From: Blastocatellia bacterium
GTDB taxonomy: Bacteria; Acidobacteriota; Blastocatellia; UBA7656
Length of the DNA stretch: 35,819 nucleotides
Assembly: GCA_041497455.1 (NCBI GenBank)
Contig: JBGQGO010000003.1
Span: 1-35,819, forward strand
Reading direction: 5' to 3'
Positions 18,960 through 30,344 of the stretch are shown in pieces (within the stretch, counting starts at the first letter, position 1; each line of letters begins with the position of its first letter). A model generated the notes under the pieces. It saw only the letters and a list, made by a program, of their open reading frames with translations. It was not told the origin of the DNA and did not search any database. The translations under genes were made by a program, and so were the position numbers.

Positions 18960-19889
18960 CTAGCGCGGCCGAAGATTTACCCTTCCTGAAGCCTCGCAGT
19001 CGTAAACATATTCGCGGCGGGGACCCCCATCCACCCCGCGTTGTCTGGCTATAACGAAGTTGGGTACTCTAGCCAGACTCACGCCGATACTTGTGCCATC
19101 CGGATAGGTCACAAAACACAACCTGTTATCGCCCTGACACTGAATGTCGGCCATTGACGGGGCTCCACCCAACTCAGTGCTGTAGTAGAAGTCCGCAATC
19201 ACCTTGCTAAAGCTCTGCGGGTCTGATTCCCAACCTGCGCATGCATTGTTACTTTGACCGGGCGCCGGCTGTCTTTGCATGAGCTGCCCCGGAAGACCGG
19301 ACAACGCGAACTCATTTCGTCCGGCGGCCGGCCCGTTGCGTACGACGGTGGCGGCCACGGCATCCGCCTCTCGCTCATGAGTATCGCCCGGCTCGGAGAT
19401 CCGGAATGTCCGCAGTTCGGCGCTTTCTCCGGCTGATTGTTGCTGGACCACATGGGCCAACTCATGCGCCAGAAGCATTCGTCCCGAGTAGGTATGCGGA
19501 GCAAATTGACCGGCGTCGAATACGACTTCCCGGCCGACTGTATAAGCCAGCGCATTTGTCGCTCGCGCCGATTCGGCCGCCTTCGCGTCCGCATGCACGC
19601 GCACGCCACTGAAGTCGTGGCCAAAGCGCGGCTCCATGAAGTCGCGAGCGGCTGCGTCAAGAGGCTGCCCCGGCGAGCGGAGCACTTCGTGGACGATCGG
19701 CGGCACTTTGTTTGGCGTTTCACTGCTCGATGCCATGCGCTGCATGAGACCCTTCTTCCTCTCGCAGTCTGAACATCCGCCTCCCGCGATAGTGTGTTGC
19801 CCGCACGATGCGCACTTGCGTTGCAATACGCCTTTCATCGCAAGCGCCGGCTCGCGTGCTGTTGCTCGCATTGTCTCTCGATTGCTCAC
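18960..19889 (-). CDS. DUF4157 cargo protein 3 (309 aa) with a small Cys-containing C-terminal domain
   Basis: LQRKCASCGQHT, RFGHDFSGVRVH, HELAHVVQQ and EREADAVA motifs, then a unique ~100-aa tail. Confidence 0.88.
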   Translation of the reverse strand: MSNRETMRATAREPALAMKGVLQRKCASCGQHTIAGGGCSDCERKKGLMQRMASSSETPNKVPPIVHEVLRSPGQPLDAAARDFMEPRFGHDFSGVRVHADAKAAESARATNALAYTVGREVVFDAGQFAPHTYSGRMLLAHELAHVVQQQSAGESAELRTFRISEPGDTHEREADAVAATVVRNGPAAGRNEFALSGLPGQLMQRQPAPGQSNNACAGWESDPQSFSKVIADFYYSTELGGAPSMADIQCQGDNRLCFVTYPDGTSIGVSLARVPNFVIARQRGVDGGPRREYVYDCEASGRVNLRPR

Positions 19890-19912
19890 GAGGTTTTCCT
19901 TTTACGCATCTT

Positions 19913-21757
19913 TCACTGGATGTAGCTAAACGCCGGATAGTCCCGGACGAGTGCAGCATGCAACTCACTCGGCAGTGCGGAGACTCTCTCCGTCACCCGG
20001 ATGTTCCGCGCGGTCGAAAAATTAGTGGCATCGCGAAACGAGTGCTCGACGTCGATGCCTACGTGGTAGAGAGTGCGATAGTCGCGAATCAAATATATCT
20101 CGAAGCGCGCGCGAGAGATGACGCTGCGGGCGCCGAGACCGTACTCACGAGTGACGAGCGAGCGGAGCGGCGTTGGGGCGTCGGCGATCATCGTCAGGTC
20201 CGGCTCGCGTCGCGCGGTCGAGGTGCTGGCCTCATAGAAGGGATCGGTCGCCGAGCGGCTATCGACACTGTAGTTCCGCGGGCCGTTGTTCGTCGTAAGG
20301 GGATAGGTTCGCGCGCCGATCGTCACTGTGTCGGTCAGCCAACGGTTAGCGCCGCTCGCGTCGGTGACCTGGACCTCACGCCAGATGAACTGCAGCCATC
20401 GGGAATCCGCGGCGAGGCCGCCGCTGTAGGCCACTGCAAACGATACTGAGCTGGTCCCCCCGCCTGGCGTCGTATACTGGACGGCGGTCAGCGCGCTGAC
20501 CCGACCACCTTCAACTGTAGGTGGCGGTGTCGCGGGAGGAGTGCCGCTGCCGGGAACGGTCTGGAAACTGCCGCTTGGTGAGGCCGGGGGTGGCGCGTTG
20601 AGAAGGTAGAGGGCATAGGAAAGTTCGTCGCCGCTCATCTCGTTACGGATGTCATCCTCCAGCGCCCGGCCGAAGATCCGTTGGTAGGCCGCTTTTAGCT
20701 GCGTTGACAAAGCTGCGTTGCGGTTGAGTGGCAACAGAGTCGCGTAGACGGCCTCCTCGTCTGTTCCAATTTGGCCTGTCATCGCAGCCTCCAGCCGGCG
20801 GGCTGCGGCGTCGAATTGGGCCTGAGTGCTCGGAGGCCCTGTCGCTACCGCGCGACCGCTGGCCGGGTTGATACCCAGCAGCTCAAGAGCGAAGTCAAGC
20901 TCGCTGCCACTCATCTCATCCCGAATCTCCGTCTCCAGGTCGTGGCCATATCTGGTCTGGTAGGTGCTGCGAAGAGTGCGGATGGCGGCCGGATCGCGCT
21001 CAAGTTTCTGGAGCGTAACGTAGATCAACTCCTCATCCGTGCCCCAACGTGCCATCGCACTGTTCAGCGCCTCGGCCATCGCAGAAAAGTCCAACGTCGT
21101 GAGGGCGACCCGAGCAAGCACTGGTGACGCGAGCGCACCGCCCTGCTGCGCGACATGGGTGAGTTCATGCGCGAGCAGACGCCGCCCGACCGCTGTGTCG
21201 GGTGCGTACTGGCCGGCCCCAAATACAATGTTGCTGCCCACCGTGTAGGCCGCCGCGTTTACCGCTCGTGCGGAATCCGCGGCTTTGGTATCGGTATGGA
21301 TGCGCACCTGGCCGAAATCAACGGCACTAGCCGCAGGCTTCGCAGGCTTGGGTACGGGCGCTCGCGTGACGAATTCGGCGTTGCGCTCGGCCGCCTGCTC
21401 GAAGTCATCATCAGGAGTGCTGATGTCCAATGCTGTCGGCATCGGCTGGGCCGCGGACCGGTGGACGTTCACTTGTGTGAAGTCGTGCTCGAAGCGCGGC
21501 TCCATGAACGCGCGTGTTTCCAAATCGAGCGGCTGCCCGGAAGAGCGCAGCACTTCATGGACTATCGGCGGCACTTCGCCAGGCATTTGTTTGCTCGATG
21601 CGTTGCGCTGCATCAATCCCTTATTCTTAACGCACTCCGAACATTCGCTGCCGCCCACGGTGTGCTGGCCGCAGGCGCACTTGCGTTGCAGCATACCGCT
21701 CATCTGCAATGGTGCAGGCGGGGATACCATTGCTCGAATTGTCTCTCGACTGCTCAT
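19913..21757 (-). CDS. DUF4157 cargo protein 2 (614 aa) with two annexin-like repeats and a beta-rich C-terminus
   Basis: HELTHVAQQ; WGTDEELIY..YQTRYGHDLETEIRDEMSG and IGTDEEAVY..YQRIFGRALEDDIRNEMSG match the annexin repeat pattern. Confidence 0.88.
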   Translation of the reverse strand: MSSRETIRAMVSPPAPLQMSGMLQRKCACGQHTVGGSECSECVKNKGLMQRNASSKQMPGEVPPIVHEVLRSSGQPLDLETRAFMEPRFEHDFTQVNVHRSAAQPMPTALDISTPDDDFEQAAERNAEFVTRAPVPKPAKPAASAVDFGQVRIHTDTKAADSARAVNAAAYTVGSNIVFGAGQYAPDTAVGRRLLAHELTHVAQQGGALASPVLARVALTTLDFSAMAEALNSAMARWGTDEELIYVTLQKLERDPAAIRTLRSTYQTRYGHDLETEIRDEMSGSELDFALELLGINPASGRAVATGPPSTQAQFDAAARRLEAAMTGQIGTDEEAVYATLLPLNRNAALSTQLKAAYQRIFGRALEDDIRNEMSGDELSYALYLLNAPPPASPSGSFQTVPGSGTPPATPPPTVEGGRVSALTAVQYTTPGGGTSSVSFAVAYSGGLAADSRWLQFIWREVQVTDASGANRWLTDTVTIGARTYPLTTNNGPRNYSVDSRSATDPFYEASTSTARREPDLTMIADAPTPLRSLVTREYGLGARSVISRARFEIYLIRDYRTLYHVGIDVEHSFRDATNFSTARNIRVTERVSALPSELHAALVRDYPAFSYIQ

Positions 21758-21910
21758 CGGCTATTCCTTCACCAGTCGTCGCGTCACTAGCCCCTTCGTC
21801 ATAGCCCTCGCATCTCGGCTACCAGCTCCTTTCACAAGGTGCGGTGAGCTGTTACGCACTCATCGTTTGCCGTATTCGACTGCAATCCGGAGCGCTCCTG
21901 GTCTTCGTCC

Positions 21911-22252
21911 TCAACGGGAGATCAGGTCCTCCGTTCCCTCGAGTATCTCCAGTGCTCCCGCTTTGACAGCGGCATTCAGAATCGCGTTTGTCTCCTCATA
22001 TCTGTCTTCGGGAACGGTTAGATATATCCGAATCTGCCGTCCCGGAAATCCGGCTTGAGGTCGTTCGAGATGAAAGGGAATGCCTTTTGACGATAGCAGT
22101 CTGGCGATGTTGCGCTCATTCTCGGCTGAGTTGCGATAGTCTGCGATGGTCAAGCCCTTCTCAATCGTCTCTTGCCTAAGACTGGGCCCGTCATACGCAA
22201 GCAGTCGTCTGATGGCATCGTTTTGGCTATCTATCTCTTCATCCTCACTCAT
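21911..22252 (-). CDS. Small hypothetical protein (~113 aa); candidate immunity or accessory factor
   Basis: AGGAG Shine-Dalgarno before ATG at 22252; co-oriented between cargo genes 1 and 2. Confidence 0.65.
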   Translation of the reverse strand: MSEDEEIDSQNDAIRRLLAYDGPSLRQETIEKGLTIADYRNSAENERNIARLLSSKGIPFHLERPQAGFPGRQIRIYLTVPEDRYEETNAILNAAVKAGALEILEGTEDLISR

Positions 22253-22417
22253 CTGTACTCCTAGCAACCGGATTCCTCACTCACGGCACGTTGCCCGTGA
22301 AGCGCGCCGACAAAGCGCGCCGATCAATCTGAACTCCTCGTGAGAACAAGCGACTCGCTCGCCGGCGATGCGGCGCAACAACCCTCCTGTTTCAAACGCA
22401 CATCGCGGTCTTAACCC

Positions 22418-24193
22418 TCAGGGCCCGCACGACCTGTTGTGCCCCCTAAAGTTATCCGGGACCAGCCCGCCTTGTATGAAAGCTGGCGAGCCATCACCAT
22501 CCGGTTCCGTGACGTTGAGAGCGGTGCTTGTCGGGGTTACGGTTGAGGCACCGCCTGCTGCTGGTACTGCCACATTTGCCGCCCAGTTAATGTCCCAATC
22601 AATATGATGGAGGGATCTGACGCAGCCGCTTGCTTTGTGACGCACCGCAACCCAGGTACGGAACGTGTCTATCATAAACCCGCGCACGAGGGTCGCGGGC
22701 GAAGGCTGGCCCGCGCAGGCGGGGTTATCACTAAGATTAACGAAGGCAAAATCCCGCGGCTTATCGGGCCAGGTCAGGTTAACCGCGGCCCCATTAGCGG
22801 TGAAATCTACCAAGAGACCGGGCAACGACGATGTAACGAAGACGGGGTCATATTGGCCGCCCGAAAGCGAAAGGCCATCCTTGATCGGAAATGGCAAAGT
22901 GGTGCGGATCTTGATCCCGTTGGAGAAGGTATATTCCATAGCGTCGCTGAGCATATTCGAGGCGAAGCCAACCTGAAATTCCTGAGCTTTGGCGTTGCTC
23001 GGCGCGGCGATGGTGATGCGGGGATTGTAGTTTGCTTGAGCGGTGCCTAGCATCTGCAAGACATGTTTGCCGCCTACTACCAGGTCGCGGAGGTTCACCG
23101 ATGGATTTGCGCCCGTGGCGACTTGATTCGCCAGCGCGAAGGTGACGCCTTTGAACGGCGCATCACAAGTCGCCAACTTCGGGGCCGGAGCCGCCAGTGG
23201 TCCTTTGAGCGCCACGGGTCCAACGCCGGTAAGCAGAGTAGTGTCATGCTGGTCCAACAACCCCATAGTTTCCGGGCCCACTAAGCCATCAATCTTGAGT
23301 GCGCCGGCGTCGGTTTGGAACCGTTTCACCGCAGCCTCTGTCTCTGGGCCGAAGATACCATCCGCGCCCCCGAAGGGCAGGGGATAGCCCTGGTCGATTA
23401 GCGATTGTTGGATCAGCCGCACGTGCGTCCCCTGAGAGCCTTTGCTAATCAGTCGTTCGTCGTCGAACGCCGCTTCCAGCCTTTCGTTTCCTGAAAAGCG
23501 CGGTGCTTGTAAATCGTGCCCGTCGCCGATAGTGCGTTGAAGCTGCGCCGTCCGAGCAGCCCCCTCGTTCGACTGCTGAAGCGTGTGCGCCAATTCGTGC
23601 GCGATCACCTTACGCCCCGCACTGGACTCCGGCGCGTATTCTCCTGCGCCGAAGACGATGTGATCTCCGACGGTGTAAGCTTTAGCGTTGACAGCTCTGG
23701 CCGACTCCGCTGCGCGCCCATCGGCATGCACTCTCACGCGAGAGAAATCGTAACTCACAGGGGATTCTGCCCGGGCAGGGGCGCGCATCACGGTCTCTGC
23801 AATGTGATCTGCTTCCAACTCAAAGCGATCTACCGCTGGCCCGACTCTGAGCGCTGAAACGGCACCGTGCGAACGTTCGGAAGTCGCTGGAATGCGCGAG
23901 AAGTCGTGGCCAAAGCGCGGCTCCATGAAGGCGCGCGTTGCTCCGTCGAGTGGTTGACCGGGGGAGTGCAGTACATCATGCACGATCGGCGGCACGCCGC
24001 CGGGGCTTTCAGCTTCAAGTTCCGAGTTTCGAGTTCTGCGTTGCAACGATGAAAGTTTCTGGCCGCATTCGTCACACGAGCCGCCGGCGATCGTATGTTG
24101 CCCACAATCGCACTGGCGCTGAAGAATGCCGCCGGCTTGAGGCGGCGCCGCAGCCGATGCTTGATGCGTCTGAGATGCAGCTTGCCGATTCAT
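22418..24193 (-). CDS. DUF4157 cargo protein 1 (591 aa) with a peptidoglycan-binding domain and FAM78-like C-terminus
   Basis: LQRQCDCGQHT; HELAHTLQQ; PG_binding_1 pattern GSQGTHVRLIQQSL..DGIFGPETEAAVKRFQ..DGLVGPET. Confidence 0.88.
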   Translation of the reverse strand: MNRQAASQTHQASAAAPPQAGGILQRQCDCGQHTIAGGSCDECGQKLSSLQRRTRNSELEAESPGGVPPIVHDVLHSPGQPLDGATRAFMEPRFGHDFSRIPATSERSHGAVSALRVGPAVDRFELEADHIAETVMRAPARAESPVSYDFSRVRVHADGRAAESARAVNAKAYTVGDHIVFGAGEYAPESSAGRKVIAHELAHTLQQSNEGAARTAQLQRTIGDGHDLQAPRFSGNERLEAAFDDERLISKGSQGTHVRLIQQSLIDQGYPLPFGGADGIFGPETEAAVKRFQTDAGALKIDGLVGPETMGLLDQHDTTLLTGVGPVALKGPLAAPAPKLATCDAPFKGVTFALANQVATGANPSVNLRDLVVGGKHVLQMLGTAQANYNPRITIAAPSNAKAQEFQVGFASNMLSDAMEYTFSNGIKIRTTLPFPIKDGLSLSGGQYDPVFVTSSLPGLLVDFTANGAAVNLTWPDKPRDFAFVNLSDNPACAGQPSPATLVRGFMIDTFRTWVAVRHKASGCVRSLHHIDWDINWAANVAVPAAGGASTVTPTSTALNVTEPDGDGSPAFIQGGLVPDNFRGHNRSCGP

Positions 24194-24443
24194 TTCCCAA
24201 TGCCCCCATAGACCGCGCTCGCGATTTGTTGCCCCAACCTGCTCGGGTTGCTGTTACTCGCCAAATAAATATCCGGAGCATGCGTTGAAGCCATTGCGCC
24301 GCCCGCCATCAAACTGTCTGCCAATCCATCGACCCCGAGTAAGCGACTTAGCTCCGCCTCGACAGCCGCCTTCACCAGCGGACCGTGGTGGTGTTCGATG
24401 GGCAATCCATCCAAAACCAATCGTTCGATTTGAACATTGATCT

Positions 24444-24447
<4 letters not shown>
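24190..24447 (-). CDS. Small eCIS-associated hypothetical protein (85 aa)
   Basis: INVQIERLVLDG..AVEAELSRLL..LGQQIASAVY; overlaps both neighbouring genes. Confidence 0.8.
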
Positions 24448-26641
<2,194 letters not shown>

Positions 26642-26645
<4 letters not shown>

Positions 26646-27961
26646 GAGATTGTCACCTTCGGCCCGATGAATTGATTGAAGGTCGAGCTGGCGTTGTTCA
26701 AATCACGCTCCAGCGGGCTCTCCGCGCCATCCACCTGCGTGCGTACCAGATAATCACCGGCCGGTACGCCTTTGATTTCAAAATCGATCGTAGCTGTGTC
26801 CTGCTGGTTGTTGATGGGGTTACCCTGGTTGTCGACGGGGATGCCGTTATCCCTCGGCGCACTAAGGATGAAACTGCGCGGAGCCCGAGTCGCTGGCGGA
26901 TTGAATTCGTTCAACAACAGCGTCACTCGCTGAGACCTGCCGACTATCGGTTTGAAGTTCACGGAGATTTTCCGGGTCACTTGTTGTGTCACAGGATCAA
27001 CCGGTGTTATGAAACTCGGCAGCGCGGGTTGCGTGATGACCGGAGCGAGCACGAACGCCGCGACGTTCGATTCAAAGCCCCGATGCGGCGCGGGCGGCGT
27101 GCCCATCAAAAACTGCTGCTCGACTTGCAAGCCCTGCACGCCGGCGCGCAAGTCGGCGGGCAGCGTCAGTTTAATTTCAGTGTCGGCCACCGACGCGGGG
27201 ACTACCGGTGGCAGCAAGCTGCCACCGAGGCTGACCTGCGTCACATCGCCGGCCAGCGCCCTGCCGACGATGACGATGTTGCTTCCCGACGTAATCGGCC
27301 CGGCAGTCGGGCTGTCCGGCTTGATCTCCTGAATCACAGGCACGCGGAACGGCACCGTGTAAACATTGCGTTCGAGCACGGGGAACGAAGCGCTTGGAGT
27401 GTCATCTGCTTCGATCAACACGACTGTCCCCTGGTATGTGATCGAGAGGGTGTACTGCGTTTGAAAGAACACGGCCCAGAGTTTTGAAAGCTCTTCGAGC
27501 GAAAGCGAAGTCGGCGTGAACTTAACAAGCTCGAGGTCTTCGGCCAGGTTCGATTGCGCCAGAAAGGTCAGTGTGGGGCTGTTGATCGTCTCCCGAATCT
27601 GCTCTCGCGTCAGCACCGGGTGAGAGTGCAGCGCGCGAACCGTGCTGCCCAACAATCGCTGCGGCTCGAACTGCGCCTCACTGCCGTAAAAGGTCAGCAG
27701 GTAATGCAGGTCAAGCGCCGCTCGCGGTTTCTGAATCAGCCTGCCGTCGTCACTGCGCGTCGGCAGATCGGCGTTGCGCCACGCCGCATTCGGCGTGACC
27801 TGATACAAGTAGATGTTGACCCTGGTGCCGGGGACGGGAGCATTGGCGCCATCGGGACGAGTCGTCGTGACCGTCAAGCCGGACACATCTTGCTGCACGA
27901 CGCTCTGAAGAAATTGCGCGAGCGCGGCAGTCACAGTGGCGATGGCCAGATGGTTGCTCAC
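26642..27961 (-). CDS. DUF4255/Pvc16 (Afp16-like) cap protein with C-terminal Ig-like domains
   Basis: MSNHLAIATVTAAL, NIYLYQVTPNAAWRN, LDLHYLLT and LEELSKLW motifs; beta-rich C-terminal half. Confidence 0.9.
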
Positions 27962-28983
27962 CGGCTGCCCCCACTTCGCTGGCGCAGGTAGTCATCCAGG
28001 TTCATCACCTGCGGCGCATTGCGCTGCCTTTCGGGTCTGGCCGCCTTTGGCGGTGTGGCGCGGACTTCAATGCGGCCAATCGAAACGTTGATGATCGTTT
28101 CCGATGGGGGAACTTCAGCGCCGACTGCGTTGGGCGCGCTCGGCAATAGGTTTGACCGTGCCTTGTGAGTTGGCGGAAGCAAGAGCTCCGCGCCTGGCCG
28201 GGGAATCAAGGTGGTGAGCGGAGCCGGCGTTGACTGATCGTTTTCGATGGTCTCCGTGATTCGCTGAACGACCACTCGCTCTATCGCTGATGACGGCGCC
28301 GGCTGCTCGAGCACCGCCGACGGAGCCCGTTGGAAAGAAGGCGGCGAGCTTTGTCCAGGCGCGGAAAGTTTCTTTCTCGGCGGCGCGACCGCTTGCTGAG
28401 GCGATGAGCTGAGCGGCAACGCTGAGCTGATCTCGGCCGATCTCTTGACCGGCGCCGGCCGAAACTCCGAACGCGTAACGTCCCTGGATGTGGTCGAAGA
28501 AGTTGGCTTCGATGGTTCGAGCGGCTCATCGGCAGATGGTTGCAGCGGTTTGCCAACCAGAGGTCCGGCATTCGAGGTTGGTATTCTCGCCGGTGTAGGC
28601 AAGGCTTCGTCCGATGAATGCGGAATGCGCTGATTGCGGGGCGCAACAGGTTCCACACCGGTCGAGGATTCGACTGAACGGGCCGGCGTTTTGAGGCGTC
28701 GATCGTTCTCAAACAACGCAGCCTCAGACGGCTCTCGATCTCTTATGACGGGCGGTCGAAGTGTTGTGGTCTTCTCTGGCGAAGGATCGCCGAAGGCCGG
28801 AGGCTGTTCCGGCTCTTCGGTGAGTTGCTCACCGGCAACCGTTGCCCGCGCAAAGGGGTCCTCAAATTCCGGGGTCGAAGGCGCGAGAGCATGAGGGACC
28901 TCCGGTGTCGGCGCCAGGAGCGGCTGGACTGGCAGCAGGGGCCTAAAAGTTCGGACCACCAGATTGTCGAAATAGTCACTCAT
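27958..28983 (-). CDS. Pro/Ser-rich, likely disordered eCIS-associated protein (341 aa)
   Basis: Start MSDYFDNL at 28983 (ATGA overlap with the upstream stop); ordered-looking C-terminus INVSIGRIEVRA..LDDYLRQR. Confidence 0.78.
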   Translation of the reverse strand: MSDYFDNLVVRTFRPLLPVQPLLAPTPEVPHALAPSTPEFEDPFARATVAGEQLTEEPEQPPAFGDPSPEKTTTLRPPVIRDREPSEAALFENDRRLKTPARSVESSTGVEPVAPRNQRIPHSSDEALPTPARIPTSNAGPLVGKPLQPSADEPLEPSKPTSSTTSRDVTRSEFRPAPVKRSAEISSALPLSSSPQQAVAPPRKKLSAPGQSSPPSFQRAPSAVLEQPAPSSAIERVVVQRITETIENDQSTPAPLTTLIPRPGAELLLPPTHKARSNLLPSAPNAVGAEVPPSETIINVSIGRIEVRATPPKAARPERQRNAPQVMNLDDYLRQRSGGSR

Positions 28984-29780
28984 CCGACCAGCATCTCCAG
29001 ATAGCATTCCCTGCGCCAGGAACTCATATTGAGAATGTCTGATTCGCGCCATCCATAGGACGAAGCGAGCAAATGGATCTCGCGCAGCAGATGGATCGCC
29101 CGCGCATGCAGTTCGCTCCAGAGGTAAGAAACAATGTCGAAGCCCGCCTGCCATTGGTGCCGGCAACACGGGCATATCAAATCCACTTGCACATCAGCCT
29201 GGGGATCAGCCTGCGCAATTTGCTCGATCGCGGCGTCGATAATCTCCGCGGGCATTCCCGCGGTAAGAGCGGCGGATTCTGTTCGGCCTTGATGTCGAAT
29301 GCTCAGCACACACTGCTCAAATAACCTGCCGCGGATCTCGGCAGGGCTTGCGCACCCAGCCAGCGCGAGCAGATCAAGACTGTTGGGTAGACGAAGCCGC
29401 AGCTCATAACCTGATCGATCAAACGAGAGCATGGGCGCGGGCTCAGCGTTTGACGATGCGCGAATGTCCACCACGCTGAAGCTCATCTCAAGACGCTCGC
29501 CGCACACCGGACAGTCGGCCAAGCTAGTCAACTGCTCGCCAAATAGCCTCTCCCGCAACGCAATGAGACACGCATCGCGCTGACCTATGCTAAGCGCGGC
29601 CAGCGTTTCACGCGAAGCACCCGGGCAGGCTGCAGCCAACATCGTCAACGCCCTCTCCACGGGCGCTTGATGCTGTCCACGTTCCCACACGTCCAGCAAT
29701 TCCGCCGGAGACAACGACTCCACGGACCCAATCGCCCCGCGAGCGAGCGAAGATGAACTGGAAAAGCTGACCTCGTTCAT
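28980..29780 (-). CDS. eCIS-associated baseplate/chaperone-like protein with two CxxC motifs
   Basis: LLDVWERG, IGQRDA.L..LRE.LFG, CPVC, DPQAD, CPCC, EIHLLASSYGW.E.DIL.MS..RR..YL; follows the tube gene. Confidence 0.8.
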   Translation of the reverse strand: MNEVSFSSSSSLARGAIGSVESLSPAELLDVWERGQHQAPVERALTMLAAACPGASRETLAALSIGQRDACLIALRERLFGEQLTSLADCPVCGERLEMSFSVVDIRASSNAEPAPMLSFDRSGYELRLRLPNSLDLLALAGCASPAEIRGRLFEQCVLSIRHQGRTESAALTAGMPAEIIDAAIEQIAQADPQADVQVDLICPCCRHQWQAGFDIVSYLWSELHARAIHLLREIHLLASSYGWRESDILNMSSWRRECYLEMLVG

Positions 29781-29822
29781 CGTTCAATCTTCGATCATCA
29801 CTCGAATCTCTGAGCGCTCAGG

Positions 29823-30344
29823 CTAGGTCAAAGTCGGCTCAGAAGGTTCGACAACCTCTGTGTCGCGCTCCCAACCTTCGTTTTCCAGTTTGATAGTTTG
29901 GATCAGAACAGCATTGGCGTTGGCATCCAGATCGGCCTGAGCCTGATATTCGGACACCCAGCAGCGAAAGACCTTGTAGGCGATCACCTTTTGACCGGAT
30001 TCGTTGTACAGCTCGATGATGATGTCCTTGCGAAAATCCTTAAGGGACACCTCCTTGCCGAGACCGGAACTGAAGTCCCAGACCTTGCCCGCCCACTTCT
30101 CGAATTCCGGATCGTGAGTCACCCCGCGCTCGAGCGTGATGGCTTCATACTCGGAGCGGCCCGGCGACTTGCGGGTGCTGCTCGGATCGCCGCCCTCCCG
30201 GTGTTTTACGACTTCAGTAGTGCGCTTGAGCGCGCCGATCTTACTGACCCCCGCCACGAAACGTCCATCCCATTTGATCCTGAACTTGAAGTTCTTGTAT
30301 GGATCGAACCGTTGCGGCTGAATGTTGACGCTGAACTGTGCCAT
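29823..30344 (-). CDS. Tail tube protein (gp19/Afp1-like)
   Basis: RFDPYKNFKFRIKWDG, HREGGDPS..KSPGR, ITLERGVTHD.EFE.W and FRKDIIIE motifs. Confidence 0.96.
   Translation of the reverse strand: MAQFSVNIQPQRFDPYKNFKFRIKWDGRFVAGVSKIGALKRTTEVVKHREGGDPSSTRKSPGRSEYEAITLERGVTHDPEFEKWAGKVWDFSSGLGKEVSLKDFRKDIIIELYNESGQKVIAYKVFRCWVSEYQAQADLDANANAVLIQTIKLENEGWERDTEVVEPSEPTLT

Noticed and set aside
28984-29175. N-terminal extension of the Pro-rich ORF
   Set aside because: Overlaps the conserved end of the upstream gene; the ATGA-coupled start at 28983 is more plausible.
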